A DNA stretch of 64,000 nucleotides from Gammaproteobacteria bacterium (GTDB lineage Bacteria > Pseudomonadota > Gammaproteobacteria > GCA-2400775), in NCBI GenBank assembly GCA_015492075.1, contig WGFU01000032.1, forward strand, positions 4,359-68,358. Direction: 5' to 3'. Under the pieces are notes generated by a model that saw only the letters and a list, made by a program, of their open reading frames with translations, was not told where the DNA came from and made no database searches. Below are positions 1 through 8,215 of the stretch, piece after piece (position 1 is the stretch's first letter; each line of letters begins with the position of its first letter). A program made the translations under genes and the position numbers.

Positions 1-83
1 AGATTTTCTTCGCCCGGAATGCCGAAGATATACTCAACGCCTTCATTTTCCAGGCAATGAACAAATAATTCAACGGTCTTCAT
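1..83 (-). CDS. 5' end (27 codons) of a thiamine-diphosphate-dependent enzyme, acetolactate-synthase-like; the gene continues beyond the window start
   Basis: Minus-strand ATG at 83..81 is preceded by GGGAG. The translation MKTVELFVHCLENEGVEYIFGIPGEEN matches the conserved N-terminus of TPP enzymes (GV-x-x-IFGIPG). It is absent from the ORF track because it is truncated. Confidence 0.55.
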   Translation of the reverse strand, partial: MKTVELFVHCLENEGVEYIFGIPGEEN

Positions 84-130
84 TGCCGCTCCCTTTTGTC
101 TCGCAACTGATATTTCTGCACGCTGGCGCT

Positions 131-778
131 CTAGCGCTTGTTTTCGTTTTCGGCCTTGGTGACAAGAAAATCGACAATATTAATGAGTTCTTCGTAGCTG
201 CCCTGCGCCTGTCGTGGTCCAGTGTAATAGTGATTATCTATGATGACGGCAGGCGTGCCGCTAACTTGATAGCGCCGGGTCAGCTCCTCGGCCTGCTTGA
301 CCTTGCCGCTCACTGAAAATGAGTAAAAGGCTTTGCGAAAGGTTTTATTATCGACGCCATGTTCTTCGAAAAATGCCATTAAAGCCTCATCGTTGTTGAG
401 CGAGCGGCGGTGCTTATGAATAGCTTCAAACAAGGGATCATGAATGTCTTCAAGTACGCCTAGGGCTTGTGCAGTGTAGTAAGCACGAGTATGAATGGCC
501 CAGCTTTTGTTGAGCACAGCAGGCAGGCGGATATAGCGGATGTTATCAGCATTGTGCTCAAGCCAGCGCTTCATGTAGGGCTGGAAGCGGTAGCAATGGG
601 GGCAGCCGTACCAAAATACTTCAAGTACCTCGACTTTATCAGAATCGCTCAACTTTGCTTGCTGCGGCGTAATAATCGTATAGGCTTTGCCCGCTTCGTA
701 TCCGGCATCGGCGGCGACGCTGATGTTGGCAGCAAAGAGTAGGCCGCAAAGAAAAAAAGACCCTTGTAGTAACTTCAT
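131..778 (-). CDS. dsbA: Thiol:disulfide interchange protein DsbA
   Basis: 215 aa with a signal peptide, the thioredoxin active site WYGCPHCY, and DsbA-like length and layout. Confidence 0.9.
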   Translation of the reverse strand: MKLLQGSFFLCGLLFAANISVAADAGYEAGKAYTIITPQQAKLSDSDKVEVLEVFWYGCPHCYRFQPYMKRWLEHNADNIRYIRLPAVLNKSWAIHTRAYYTAQALGVLEDIHDPLFEAIHKHRRSLNNDEALMAFFEEHGVDNKTFRKAFYSFSVSGKVKQAEELTRRYQVSGTPAVIIDNHYYTGPRQAQGSYEELINIVDFLVTKAENENKR

Positions 779-966
779 GTTGGTTCGTCCTGTATATCTA
801 GTTTCAGGTTAAGAGGTTTAGCCTTGTAAGGCAATGGATGTAATATGCCGTAATCCCTCAAAAGCGCCAAATAAAACGCTTAATCCCCTCTATGACCATG
901 TTGTGTCATTAGCGTTCTTATCAATGTAGGCGACAGTGCGCGCGGATTCTCATAGAATAGCGGGCT

Positions 967-1602
967 GTGACTACGAATAACTCATTATACCGGCGTGCGC
1001 AATTTGTGCTGGGCGCGGCGGGCAAGGCGCAATTCCCCGACGATGTCGGTGCTGAAGCCGCTTTTGTTGGCCGCTCCAATGCGGGTAAATCAAGTGCGCT
1101 CAACACCATTGCTGACCAGCGTAGTCTAGCCCGGGTCAGCAAAGCGCCTGGCCGCACGCAACAAATCAATTTTTTTGATGTTGATGCCACGCGCCGCTTG
1201 GTAGATTTGCCCGGTTATGGTTATGCCAAGGCAGCAGCATCTGTGCGCAAGCAATGGGATAAGTTGATGTCGGATTATTTCCAGACGCGTCAATCGCTAA
1301 AAGGCGTGGTGTTGATTTCTGACATTCGGCGCCCGTTGGGTGAGGGCGACCGGCACATGCTGATCTATTGTTTGTCGATGAATTTACCCGTGCATATTCT
1401 ATTGTCCAAAGCAGATAAACTGAGCCGTGGCGCGGCGACGGCTGCTTGTTTGAAGGCACAGCAACACATGAAAGTCCTGGCCAGCGAAAAGGCATTGCCG
1501 CTGGAGTTGGTCAGTATTCAGCTGTTTTCCTCGCTCAAGAAAACGGGTCTGTCAGAGGCCATTGCACAGCTTGATCGCTGGTTGCTGAATGAGTCCACAT
1601 GA
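967..1602 (+). CDS. engB: Ribosome-biogenesis GTPase EngB/YihA
   Basis: P-loop GRSNAGKSSALN, DLPGYGYA and SKADK motifs. It is adjacent to polA, as in Escherichia and Pseudomonas. Confidence 0.9.
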   Translation: MTTNNSLYRRAQFVLGAAGKAQFPDDVGAEAAFVGRSNAGKSSALNTIADQRSLARVSKAPGRTQQINFFDVDATRRLVDLPGYGYAKAAASVRKQWDKLMSDYFQTRQSLKGVVLISDIRRPLGEGDRHMLIYCLSMNLPVHILLSKADKLSRGAATAACLKAQQHMKVLASEKALPLELVSIQLFSSLKKTGLSEAIAQLDRWLLNEST

Positions 1603-1607
1603 TAAGC

Positions 1608-1648
1608 AAAAAAAACCCCGGTTAATCTAAGGGAGGAGAAAACCGGGG
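1608..1648 (-). terminator. Rho-independent terminator (minus-strand sense)
   Basis: Stem CCCCGGTT (1616-1623) pairs with AACCGGGG (1641-1648). On the minus strand it is followed by a run of 8 U (fw A-run 1608-1615). Confidence 0.7.
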
Positions 1649-1717
1649 TAATAATCCCAGCTGGGGATGCCGGGATATCTTGTTCCACTATCTGGGAGGA
1701 TCAGTGGCTAATGTTAC
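1608..1717 (-). ncRNA. Candidate sRNA of about 110 nt, positional analogue of Spot 42 / ErsA (polA-engB intergenic)
   Basis: It is bounded by a sigmaE-type promoter (1724-1750) and the intrinsic terminator (1608-1648). It has no ORF. Two predicted hairpin loops each carry CCUCCC. The 5' end is inferred, not observed. Confidence 0.4.
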
Positions 1718-1723
1718 AAATAA

Positions 1724-1750
1724 TGAGATTAGCCATTAATAGAAAAGTTC
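1724..1750 (-). promoter_or_regulatory. SigmaE/AlgU-type promoter: GAACTT-N16-TCTCA
   Basis: The minus strand reads GGGAACTT ttctattaatggctaa TCTCA. The -35 is at fw 1750-1745 and the -10 at fw 1728-1724. The consensus is GAACTT-N16/17-TCTGA. Confidence 0.4.
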
Positions 1751-1787
1751 CCTTTCAATTTACAACGGCTTCCTTGGCCGCTTTGGT

Positions 1788-4529
1788 TTAGTGCGCCTCG
1801 TCCCAGTTTACACCAACACCGATGCTTACTTCCAGTGGCACACTTAAGTCCGCCGCGTGAACCATGCAGGTTTGAATGTTTTGCTTGGCGGCATCGAGCT
1901 GGCATTTTGCCACCTCAAATACGAGTTCGTCATGGACCTGCATAATCATACGTACCGCAGGAGCGTCCTGACTAATCCAGTGATCGACCTTGATCATGGC
2001 GCGTTTAATAATATCCGCCGCACTGCCTTGCATAGGAGCGTTAATGGCGGCACGCTCGGCATATTGGCGCCGTTGCGCGTTAGATGATTTAATATCGGCA
2101 AGATAGAGGCGGCGACCAAATAGCGTTTCAACGTAGCCTTGTGCATGCGCTAGCTTGCGCGTTTCATCCATAAATTCTTTCGCTTTGGGATAACGCTGGA
2201 AGTAGAGATTGATATATTCCTGCGCCTCGTTGCGGCCGATACCGAGTTGTTGTCCCAGGCCAAAGGCGGACATGCCGTAAATCAAGCCAAAGTTAATGGC
2301 CTTGGCGCGCCGCCGCTGTTCATTATCAACACTATCAACAGTTACACCAAAAATTTCCGCTGCTGTCGCACTGTGGACATCGATGCCTTGTTGAAAGGCC
2401 TTGAGTAATCCAGGGTCGCCCGACAGGTGTGCCATGAGGCGCAGTTCAATTTGCGAATAATCGGCGGCGACAATAACAGTGTCGGCGTCCGGTGCGACAA
2501 AGGCCTGACGTATACGCCGGCCTTCAGCCGTTCTGATGGGTATATTTTGTAAGTTAGGGGTGCTGGAGGAAAGGCGCCCTGTTGCAGCTACAGCTTGGTG
2601 ATAAGAGGTGTGGACGCGACCTGTTTGTTCGTTGATCTGCAAGGGTAAACTATCAGTATATGTAGACCGTAGTTTTGCCAAGCCGCGATAACGCAGTATC
2701 AGTTTAGGCAAAGGGTAGTCTAAAGCAAGTTCCTGCAATACACTTTCTGCGGTAGAAGGTTGGCCTTTTGGGGTTTTTTTCAAGATAGGCAAGTTCAGTT
2801 TGTTAAATAGGATTTCCTGAATTTGCTTGGGTGAATCAAGATTAAAAGGCTGTCCTGCCAGCATCTCTGCTTGCACAATAATTTTTTCGAGCTCCTCTGT
2901 GATCTCTTTGCTTTGCTGTCTCAGCATGTCGGCATTAATGCGCACGCCGCGCCGCTCCATGCCTGACAAGATAGGGATAAGTGGCACCTCTATATCGAGC
3001 AAGAGCTGGCTCAACCCTTTATGTTGCAGCAACCTGGGCCACAGTGTCTGATGTAGGCGCAGGGTGATATCAGCGTCTTCTGCTGCATAATGCGCCGCGG
3101 TTTCAATTGGTATTTTGTCAAAAGTGACTTGCTTGGCGCCCTTGCCGGCGATGTCTTCAAAATGAACGGTTTTAACACCAAGATATTTTAATGCCAGCGA
3201 ATCCATGTCGTGTCGTGTGCCAGTGCTGTCAAGCACATAAGACTCGAGCATGGTGTCAAATGCAATGCCACGTAAGGTGATGCCGTAATTGCCGAGCACA
3301 TTCATATCATATTTGATATGTTGTCCTACCTTTAAACAATCGGGATCCTCTAATATAGGCTTGCACAAGGCCAACACCGTGTCGCGGTCGAGTTGCCTGG
3401 GCGCATCATCATAACTGTGTGCTAACGGCACATAGACAGCCTCGCCAGGGTCGATGCAAAATGATAAACCAACAATCTCCGCTTTCATGTATTCCAGTGA
3501 GGTCGTTTCCAGGTCAAAGGCGAACAGTTCAGAGCGTTCGAGGCGTGCCAGCCAAGACTGCAACTCTTCAATTTCAAATAGTGTGTGGTAGTGCGTATTG
3601 ATTTTTTCATTAACGCTGTTTTCTTCGCTGGAGGCCGTGTTGCTGGTGTTGTTTGCTTGATCATTTTCTTGTTCGATGATCTCTTTCAGCATGCGCTTGA
3701 ATTCCATGCGCTGATATATTTCGCGTAAAACAGCCGGGTCAGCTTTGTCGATATTAAGGGTGGTGGGCGTGACATCTAGTTTGACATCGCATTTCAGAGT
3801 GACCAGTGCGCGTGATAAGGGCAGTTGGCCGAGATTGGCGCGCAGTTTTTCACCAATTTTTCCTTTAATCGTGTCGGCATTGGCGATGATGGCATCGAGC
3901 GAGCCGTATTCGTTGATCCACTTGGCCGCAGTCTTGGGACCAACGCCGGGTATTCCCGGAATATTATCGGAGCTGTCACCGACCAGTGCCAGATAGTCGA
4001 TAACTTGCGCCGGGGTGACACCGAATTTTTCTTTGACAGCCGGACGGTCCATGATTTTATTAGTCATGGTATTGATCAAGGTGGTGTGTTCGTCGACAAG
4101 CTGAGCGAGGTCTTTGTCACCGGTAGAGATAATGGTTTCCATACCCAAGGCGCTGGCTTGCCGTGCCAGCGTGCCAATCACATCGTCCGCCTCGACACCT
4201 TCGACGCTAAGCAGAGGCAGGCCCATGGCCTTGACCCAGGCGTGCAAGGGCTCTATTTGGGCGCGCAACTCGTCTGGCATCGGTGGTCGGTGAGCCTTGT
4301 ACTCGGAATATAGCTCATCGCGAAAGGTCTTGCCTTTGGCATCAAAGATTACCACCATATGCTCAGGTTGGTAGTCTTCAAGCAAACGCTTGATCATATT
4401 GATACAGCCGAAGACGGTGCCCGTTGGTTCGCCATGAGAATTGGTTAACGGTGGCAAGGCATGAAAGGCGCGATAGAGATAAGAAGAGCCGTCGACCAAT
4501 ATAAGAGGTTTGTTTTTTGTTTGATTCAT
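1788..4529 (-). CDS. polA: DNA polymerase I
   Basis: 913 aa with a 5'-3' exonuclease N-terminus, the 3'-5' exo motif FAFDLETTSL, and polymerase motifs DYSQIELR and QVHDELVFE. Confidence 0.97.
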   Translation of the reverse strand: MNQTKNKPLILVDGSSYLYRAFHALPPLTNSHGEPTGTVFGCINMIKRLLEDYQPEHMVVIFDAKGKTFRDELYSEYKAHRPPMPDELRAQIEPLHAWVKAMGLPLLSVEGVEADDVIGTLARQASALGMETIISTGDKDLAQLVDEHTTLINTMTNKIMDRPAVKEKFGVTPAQVIDYLALVGDSSDNIPGIPGVGPKTAAKWINEYGSLDAIIANADTIKGKIGEKLRANLGQLPLSRALVTLKCDVKLDVTPTTLNIDKADPAVLREIYQRMEFKRMLKEIIEQENDQANNTSNTASSEENSVNEKINTHYHTLFEIEELQSWLARLERSELFAFDLETTSLEYMKAEIVGLSFCIDPGEAVYVPLAHSYDDAPRQLDRDTVLALCKPILEDPDCLKVGQHIKYDMNVLGNYGITLRGIAFDTMLESYVLDSTGTRHDMDSLALKYLGVKTVHFEDIAGKGAKQVTFDKIPIETAAHYAAEDADITLRLHQTLWPRLLQHKGLSQLLLDIEVPLIPILSGMERRGVRINADMLRQQSKEITEELEKIIVQAEMLAGQPFNLDSPKQIQEILFNKLNLPILKKTPKGQPSTAESVLQELALDYPLPKLILRYRGLAKLRSTYTDSLPLQINEQTGRVHTSYHQAVAATGRLSSSTPNLQNIPIRTAEGRRIRQAFVAPDADTVIVAADYSQIELRLMAHLSGDPGLLKAFQQGIDVHSATAAEIFGVTVDSVDNEQRRRAKAINFGLIYGMSAFGLGQQLGIGRNEAQEYINLYFQRYPKAKEFMDETRKLAHAQGYVETLFGRRLYLADIKSSNAQRRQYAERAAINAPMQGSAADIIKRAMIKVDHWISQDAPAVRMIMQVHDELVFEVAKCQLDAAKQNIQTCMVHAADLSVPLEVSIGVGVNWDEAH

Positions 4530-4755
4530 TAATTTCTGCTAATTGATAGGAGTAACATGGCGCTATTGTGCGGCGTCACGCAAAAGTCTTCAATTATGAA
4601 GGAATATAATGAAGAATATTCGGCATAGTGGCGTGTCACGGCATGTCTTGAGATTTTCTCAGACTATCTTTTGTATTTGAGTGCCACGACATTAAGTCAA
4701 CATCAGGTATGTGGTGTGTATGATTAATACACTTGTATCAATATATTGAGGTGGT

Positions 4756-5487
4756 TTGCTGATGGATGACAAGGCCAGGGCGTCTGATTTACGCTTGCAG
4801 CCCATTAACGATGCCATGCTGCACCGTGAGAGCTGGAAGATATTTCAAATTATTGCCGAGTTTGTTGAAGGTTTTGAGCGCCTGGTGTTGATTAAGCCCT
4901 CGGTGAGCATTTTTGGCTCGGCGCGCACGGCAACGGATCACCCCTATTATGAGTTGGCGGAGAAAATCTCTCGCGGTTTGTCCGACGCCGGTTTTAGCGT
5001 GGTCAGCGGCGGTGGCCCAGGTATTATGGAAGCTGCGAACAAGGGCGCCTTTGCTGGTAAATCCCCCAGTATTGGTCTTAATATTCAACTACCACATGAG
5101 CAAACGGGTAATCCTTATCAGGATGTCTCGCTTGATTTTCGCCACTTTTTTTCACGTAAGGTGATGTTCGTTAAGTACGCGTCGGCTTATGTGGTGTTGC
5201 CCGGTGGTTTTGGTACACTCGACGAGTTGGCTGAGATACTCACCCTGGTGCAGACCGGCAAAACGCGGCGTATACCCATTATATTGGTGCACACACCGTT
5301 TTGGGACGGCTTATTGAACTGGTTTAAAGAAACCCTGGTCAGAGAGGGTACGATTAGCGAATCGGACCTCGACTTGATGCAGGTGCTGGATGAGCCAGAT
5401 GAGGTTGTCGAAGCCATCTTTACTCATTACGAAAACCGTGGCATTGAGCCTTCTGTTGAAGGCCAGCCGACGTTATTGGATTTATAA
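4756..5487 (+). CDS. LOG-family (TIGR00730) protein, putative nucleotide 5'-monophosphate nucleosidase
   Basis: Motifs GGGPGIMEAANKGA and PGGFGTLDE. The start may be ATG 4762 rather than TTG 4756. Confidence 0.85.
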   Translation: MLMDDKARASDLRLQPINDAMLHRESWKIFQIIAEFVEGFERLVLIKPSVSIFGSARTATDHPYYELAEKISRGLSDAGFSVVSGGGPGIMEAANKGAFAGKSPSIGLNIQLPHEQTGNPYQDVSLDFRHFFSRKVMFVKYASAYVVLPGGFGTLDELAEILTLVQTGKTRRIPIILVHTPFWDGLLNWFKETLVREGTISESDLDLMQVLDEPDEVVEAIFTHYENRGIEPSVEGQPTLLDL

Positions 5488-5489
5488 TC

Positions 5490-5792
5490 ATGCATATAAA
5501 ACTAGCCTGGCCTGCACTCGCGATAGCGTTATTGGCGATGTTGTCGATGATTGTCTTGGCCGATGATGCTGATTTGTCCGAAGCGGAAGTGACGATTGTT
5601 CAAGATGACGATGAGCAGCGCGTCGAGGAGTATCGGGTCAACGGCCAGCTCTATCTGGTCAAGGTGATACCGGTAGTGGGGCCGCCGTATTTCCTGCTTG
5701 ATCAAGATGGTGATGGCCAATTTGATTTGCAGAATAATGATCCTACGATCAATCCACCGACTAGCCAGTGGCGACTGTTTAAGTGGAATTAA
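5490..5792 (+). CDS. DUF2782-like secreted protein
   Basis: 100 aa with a signal peptide and the pattern EEYRVNGQLYLVKVIPVVGPPYFLLDQDGDG. It lies between polA and thrB, as in Pseudomonas. Confidence 0.65.
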   Translation: MHIKLAWPALAIALLAMLSMIVLADDADLSEAEVTIVQDDDEQRVEEYRVNGQLYLVKVIPVVGPPYFLLDQDGDGQFDLQNNDPTINPPTSQWRLFKWN

Positions 5793-5849
5793 GCTAAACT
5801 ATAACGTTATTGGCTTGGCCTAGATTTTCTCAACTATAAAAGACGAATT

Positions 5850-6782
5850 ATGTCCGTGTTTACCCGCGTCGAGCACGCGCAGCTCGACGCGTTTCTGGCG
5901 ACCTATGATCAAGGCGAGCTGCTGGAGTTTGCCGGCATCAGCGATGGTATCGTTAATACCAATTATTTTGTCACCACGACGTGCGGTCGCTATGTGTTGA
6001 CCTTGTTCGAGGAGTTGGGCGTCGATGAGTTGCCTTACTTTGTAGAGCTGATGCGCTTCGCGCATCAGCATGGTGTTCCTTGCGCGTTACCTATTGCCGA
6101 CCGTGATGGGCGCTACTTGCGCGAGCTGTGTGCTAAACCGGCCTTGCTTGTTGCACGCTTGACGGGCAGCGGTGTTGCGCGGCCAAACCTGGCGCAGTGT
6201 CGGGCAATTGGCTCGGCAATCGGCGTTTTGCATCGGGTCGGTGTTGATTTCAGCTATCACCGCGAAACCGAGCATGGCGCGCAATGGCATGCGACCACGG
6301 CAAAAAAAGTACTCACCGTCATCAGCAGCGATGACGCCACCTTGTTGTCAGAAGAGATGGCTTTTCAGGCGCGGCAATGTTACGACGATCTGCCGCGAGG
6401 CCTGACTCATGGTGATTTGTTTCGTGATAATGCGTTGTTTGATGGCGACACACTCAGTGGTATTATCGATTTTTATTATGCCTGCGACCATATCCTGGTG
6501 TATGACCTGGCGGTAGTGGTGAATGATTGGTGTAGCCGCGATGACGGCAGTCTTGATAGCGAGCGCCTGGACGCTTTGCTGGGATCCTATCAAGCGCAAC
6601 GCCCACTCAACGCGCAAGAGTTACAGCATTGGCCGGCGATGTTGCGTGCCGCGGCATTACGTTATTGGCTGTCTCGGCTTTATGACTTTCATTTTCCAAG
6701 ACCTGGTGAGATGACCCATGCCAAGGATCCCAATCATTTCCGTCAAATCCTACAACAGCGGATGGTGTTTGCCGCTGCTTAA
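5850..6782 (+). CDS. thrB: Homoserine kinase (ThrB, APH-fold type)
   Basis: 310 aa with N-terminus MSVFTRV..LDAFLATYDQGEL, GIVNTNYFV, and the catalytic HGDLFRDN. Confidence 0.9.
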   Translation: MSVFTRVEHAQLDAFLATYDQGELLEFAGISDGIVNTNYFVTTTCGRYVLTLFEELGVDELPYFVELMRFAHQHGVPCALPIADRDGRYLRELCAKPALLVARLTGSGVARPNLAQCRAIGSAIGVLHRVGVDFSYHRETEHGAQWHATTAKKVLTVISSDDATLLSEEMAFQARQCYDDLPRGLTHGDLFRDNALFDGDTLSGIIDFYYACDHILVYDLAVVVNDWCSRDDGSLDSERLDALLGSYQAQRPLNAQELQHWPAMLRAAALRYWLSRLYDFHFPRPGEMTHAKDPNHFRQILQQRMVFAAA

Positions 6783-6855
6783 GGAATAAAGGATGAGTGC
6801 CCACGTCTGTTCAGCCTAAGTTGTTGTCTTTTCTGGTAGTTTTTACCTGCCAGAT

Positions 6856-6876
6856 TGTGGATAAGTTTGTGGATAG
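6856..6876. promoter_or_regulatory. Two tandem DnaA boxes: TGTGGATAA-gtt-TGTGGATAG
   Basis: A perfect 9-mer at 6856-6864 and a 1-mismatch 9-mer at 6868-6876, in the 460-bp thrB-gspC spacer. A third same-orientation 1-mismatch box, TGTGAATAA, lies at 7041-7049. Confidence 0.5.
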
Positions 6877-7243
6877 TTACCGTATTATTACTAGGGTTTT
6901 TGGTTCACCTTGTGCGCTATTTCCATAAGCTCGATCAAAAAACTAATTTTTTTGATATTTATCAATGTGTTCCGAGTATTCAGCATGCAAGCCGCGCAGT
7001 ATCTGCAAGGTGGATCGCTACGCAGGGTTTGATTGATGAGTGTGAATAAAAATGGCTTAACCCTAGCGAAAGCAGGCTCTGAGGCCGTTATATAGACGAT
7101 ATCTGTAGATATAGAGTAGAAAATACTTGAACACTGAAATTTTTGAGGAACATCACACAATTTTTGTTATGGAGTCGTATGATAGAGATAGCATGTCATA
7201 ACTTGGGGGAGTTAAACGGGCGATGCTCGTCCGTGGCTAAAGA

Positions 7244-8152
7244 ATGAGAGCGCCTGACTTACATAAAGTAGCCCAGCTCATGTCGAGTGAGTCGGCCATG
7301 ATGCGGGTGGCTGCGCTGGTCAATATTACCCTGATTTTATTCGCTGCTTATGCAGCGGCGCAATTAACCTGGTACTTTGTCCCTGATGCCGAGGCTGCAG
7401 TAATGGCGCCACAATCGGGTACTGTAACGCCTGCAGGAGCGCATATAGACCGCCACGGAGTCGATGTCGCTCGTCTGGCATCTTATCACTTATTCGGTAA
7501 GATGGATAAACGTCAGCTGGGCAAGCAACAGGTTCCGGTGGTGCGTGCGACACGTTTGCCACTGACCTTGCATGGCGTGGTGGCTTCTGACCGACCTGAT
7601 ACCGCGCGGGCAATTATTGCTGAGCCGAATGCAGGTGAGTTGTCTTACTCCATTGGCGCCATGCTGCCTGGCAATGCCAGGCTGGAAGAAATTCATGCTG
7701 ACAAGATTATTCTCTCGCGTAATGGCCAGCTTGAAACGCTATTGTTACCGAATGACAATGAAGGCGTTGATTTTAGCGTTGCGTCCATGTCGACCCCGGC
7801 TGTTGGTGTGGACACCCTGCCTGATGGCGTCATTGCAACGCCAGATCAGTTTCGCGATGCGTTGCTTGATGCGCCGGAGAGCCTCGCCGGTTTAGTCAAC
7901 ACGGTGCCGCAGACCAACGACCAGGGCCGCTTGATAGGATTTCAACTGCAACCGGGTAAAGACGCAGGTTTTTTACAGCGTTTTGGCTTGCAGCCAGGTG
8001 ATGTCTTGACCAGCGTCAATGGTATTCAACTAGACAGCCCGGTGCGTGCGCTTGAAGTGATACGTGAACTGGGTGAGGCCGGCCAAGTCAGTATCGAAGT
8101 GCTACGTAATGATATACCGCAATCATTGGTATTTTCCTTTGACCAAGGGTGA
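7244..8152 (+). CDS. gspC: Type II secretion system protein C (PDZ-containing)
   Basis: N-terminal TM helix and a C-terminal PDZ-like segment (GFQLQPGKD..GLQPGDVLTSVNGIQL). It is directly upstream of gspD. The start is uncertain. Confidence 0.75.
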   Translation: MRAPDLHKVAQLMSSESAMMRVAALVNITLILFAAYAAAQLTWYFVPDAEAAVMAPQSGTVTPAGAHIDRHGVDVARLASYHLFGKMDKRQLGKQQVPVVRATRLPLTLHGVVASDRPDTARAIIAEPNAGELSYSIGAMLPGNARLEEIHADKIILSRNGQLETLLLPNDNEGVDFSVASMSTPAVGVDTLPDGVIATPDQFRDALLDAPESLAGLVNTVPQTNDQGRLIGFQLQPGKDAGFLQRFGLQPGDVLTSVNGIQLDSPVRALEVIRELGEAGQVSIEVLRNDIPQSLVFSFDQG

Positions 8153-8215
8153 CACTGGCATGATTTTGTGCGTTAATAATCAGTTCCTCCTGGGCAAGCT
8201 AAAAGACAAAGGGAT

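Noticed and set aside
1655-1664. Perfect 10-bp palindrome CCCAGCTGGG in the polA-engB spacer
   Set aside because: It is too short and has no loop, so it cannot form a hairpin on its own. It is most simply part of the candidate sRNA body rather than a separate element.
3825-4313. 162-aa plus-strand ORF, with several others, inside polA
   Set aside because: It is entirely antisense to a well-supported 913-aa polA reading frame. The composition is Gly/Arg/Val-rich, as is typical of shadow ORFs, and there is no motif.
6855-7049. 64-aa ORF in the thrB-gspC spacer
   Set aside because: Its TTG start lies inside the DnaA boxes. It has no SD and no recognisable family. The region is better explained as regulatory DNA.
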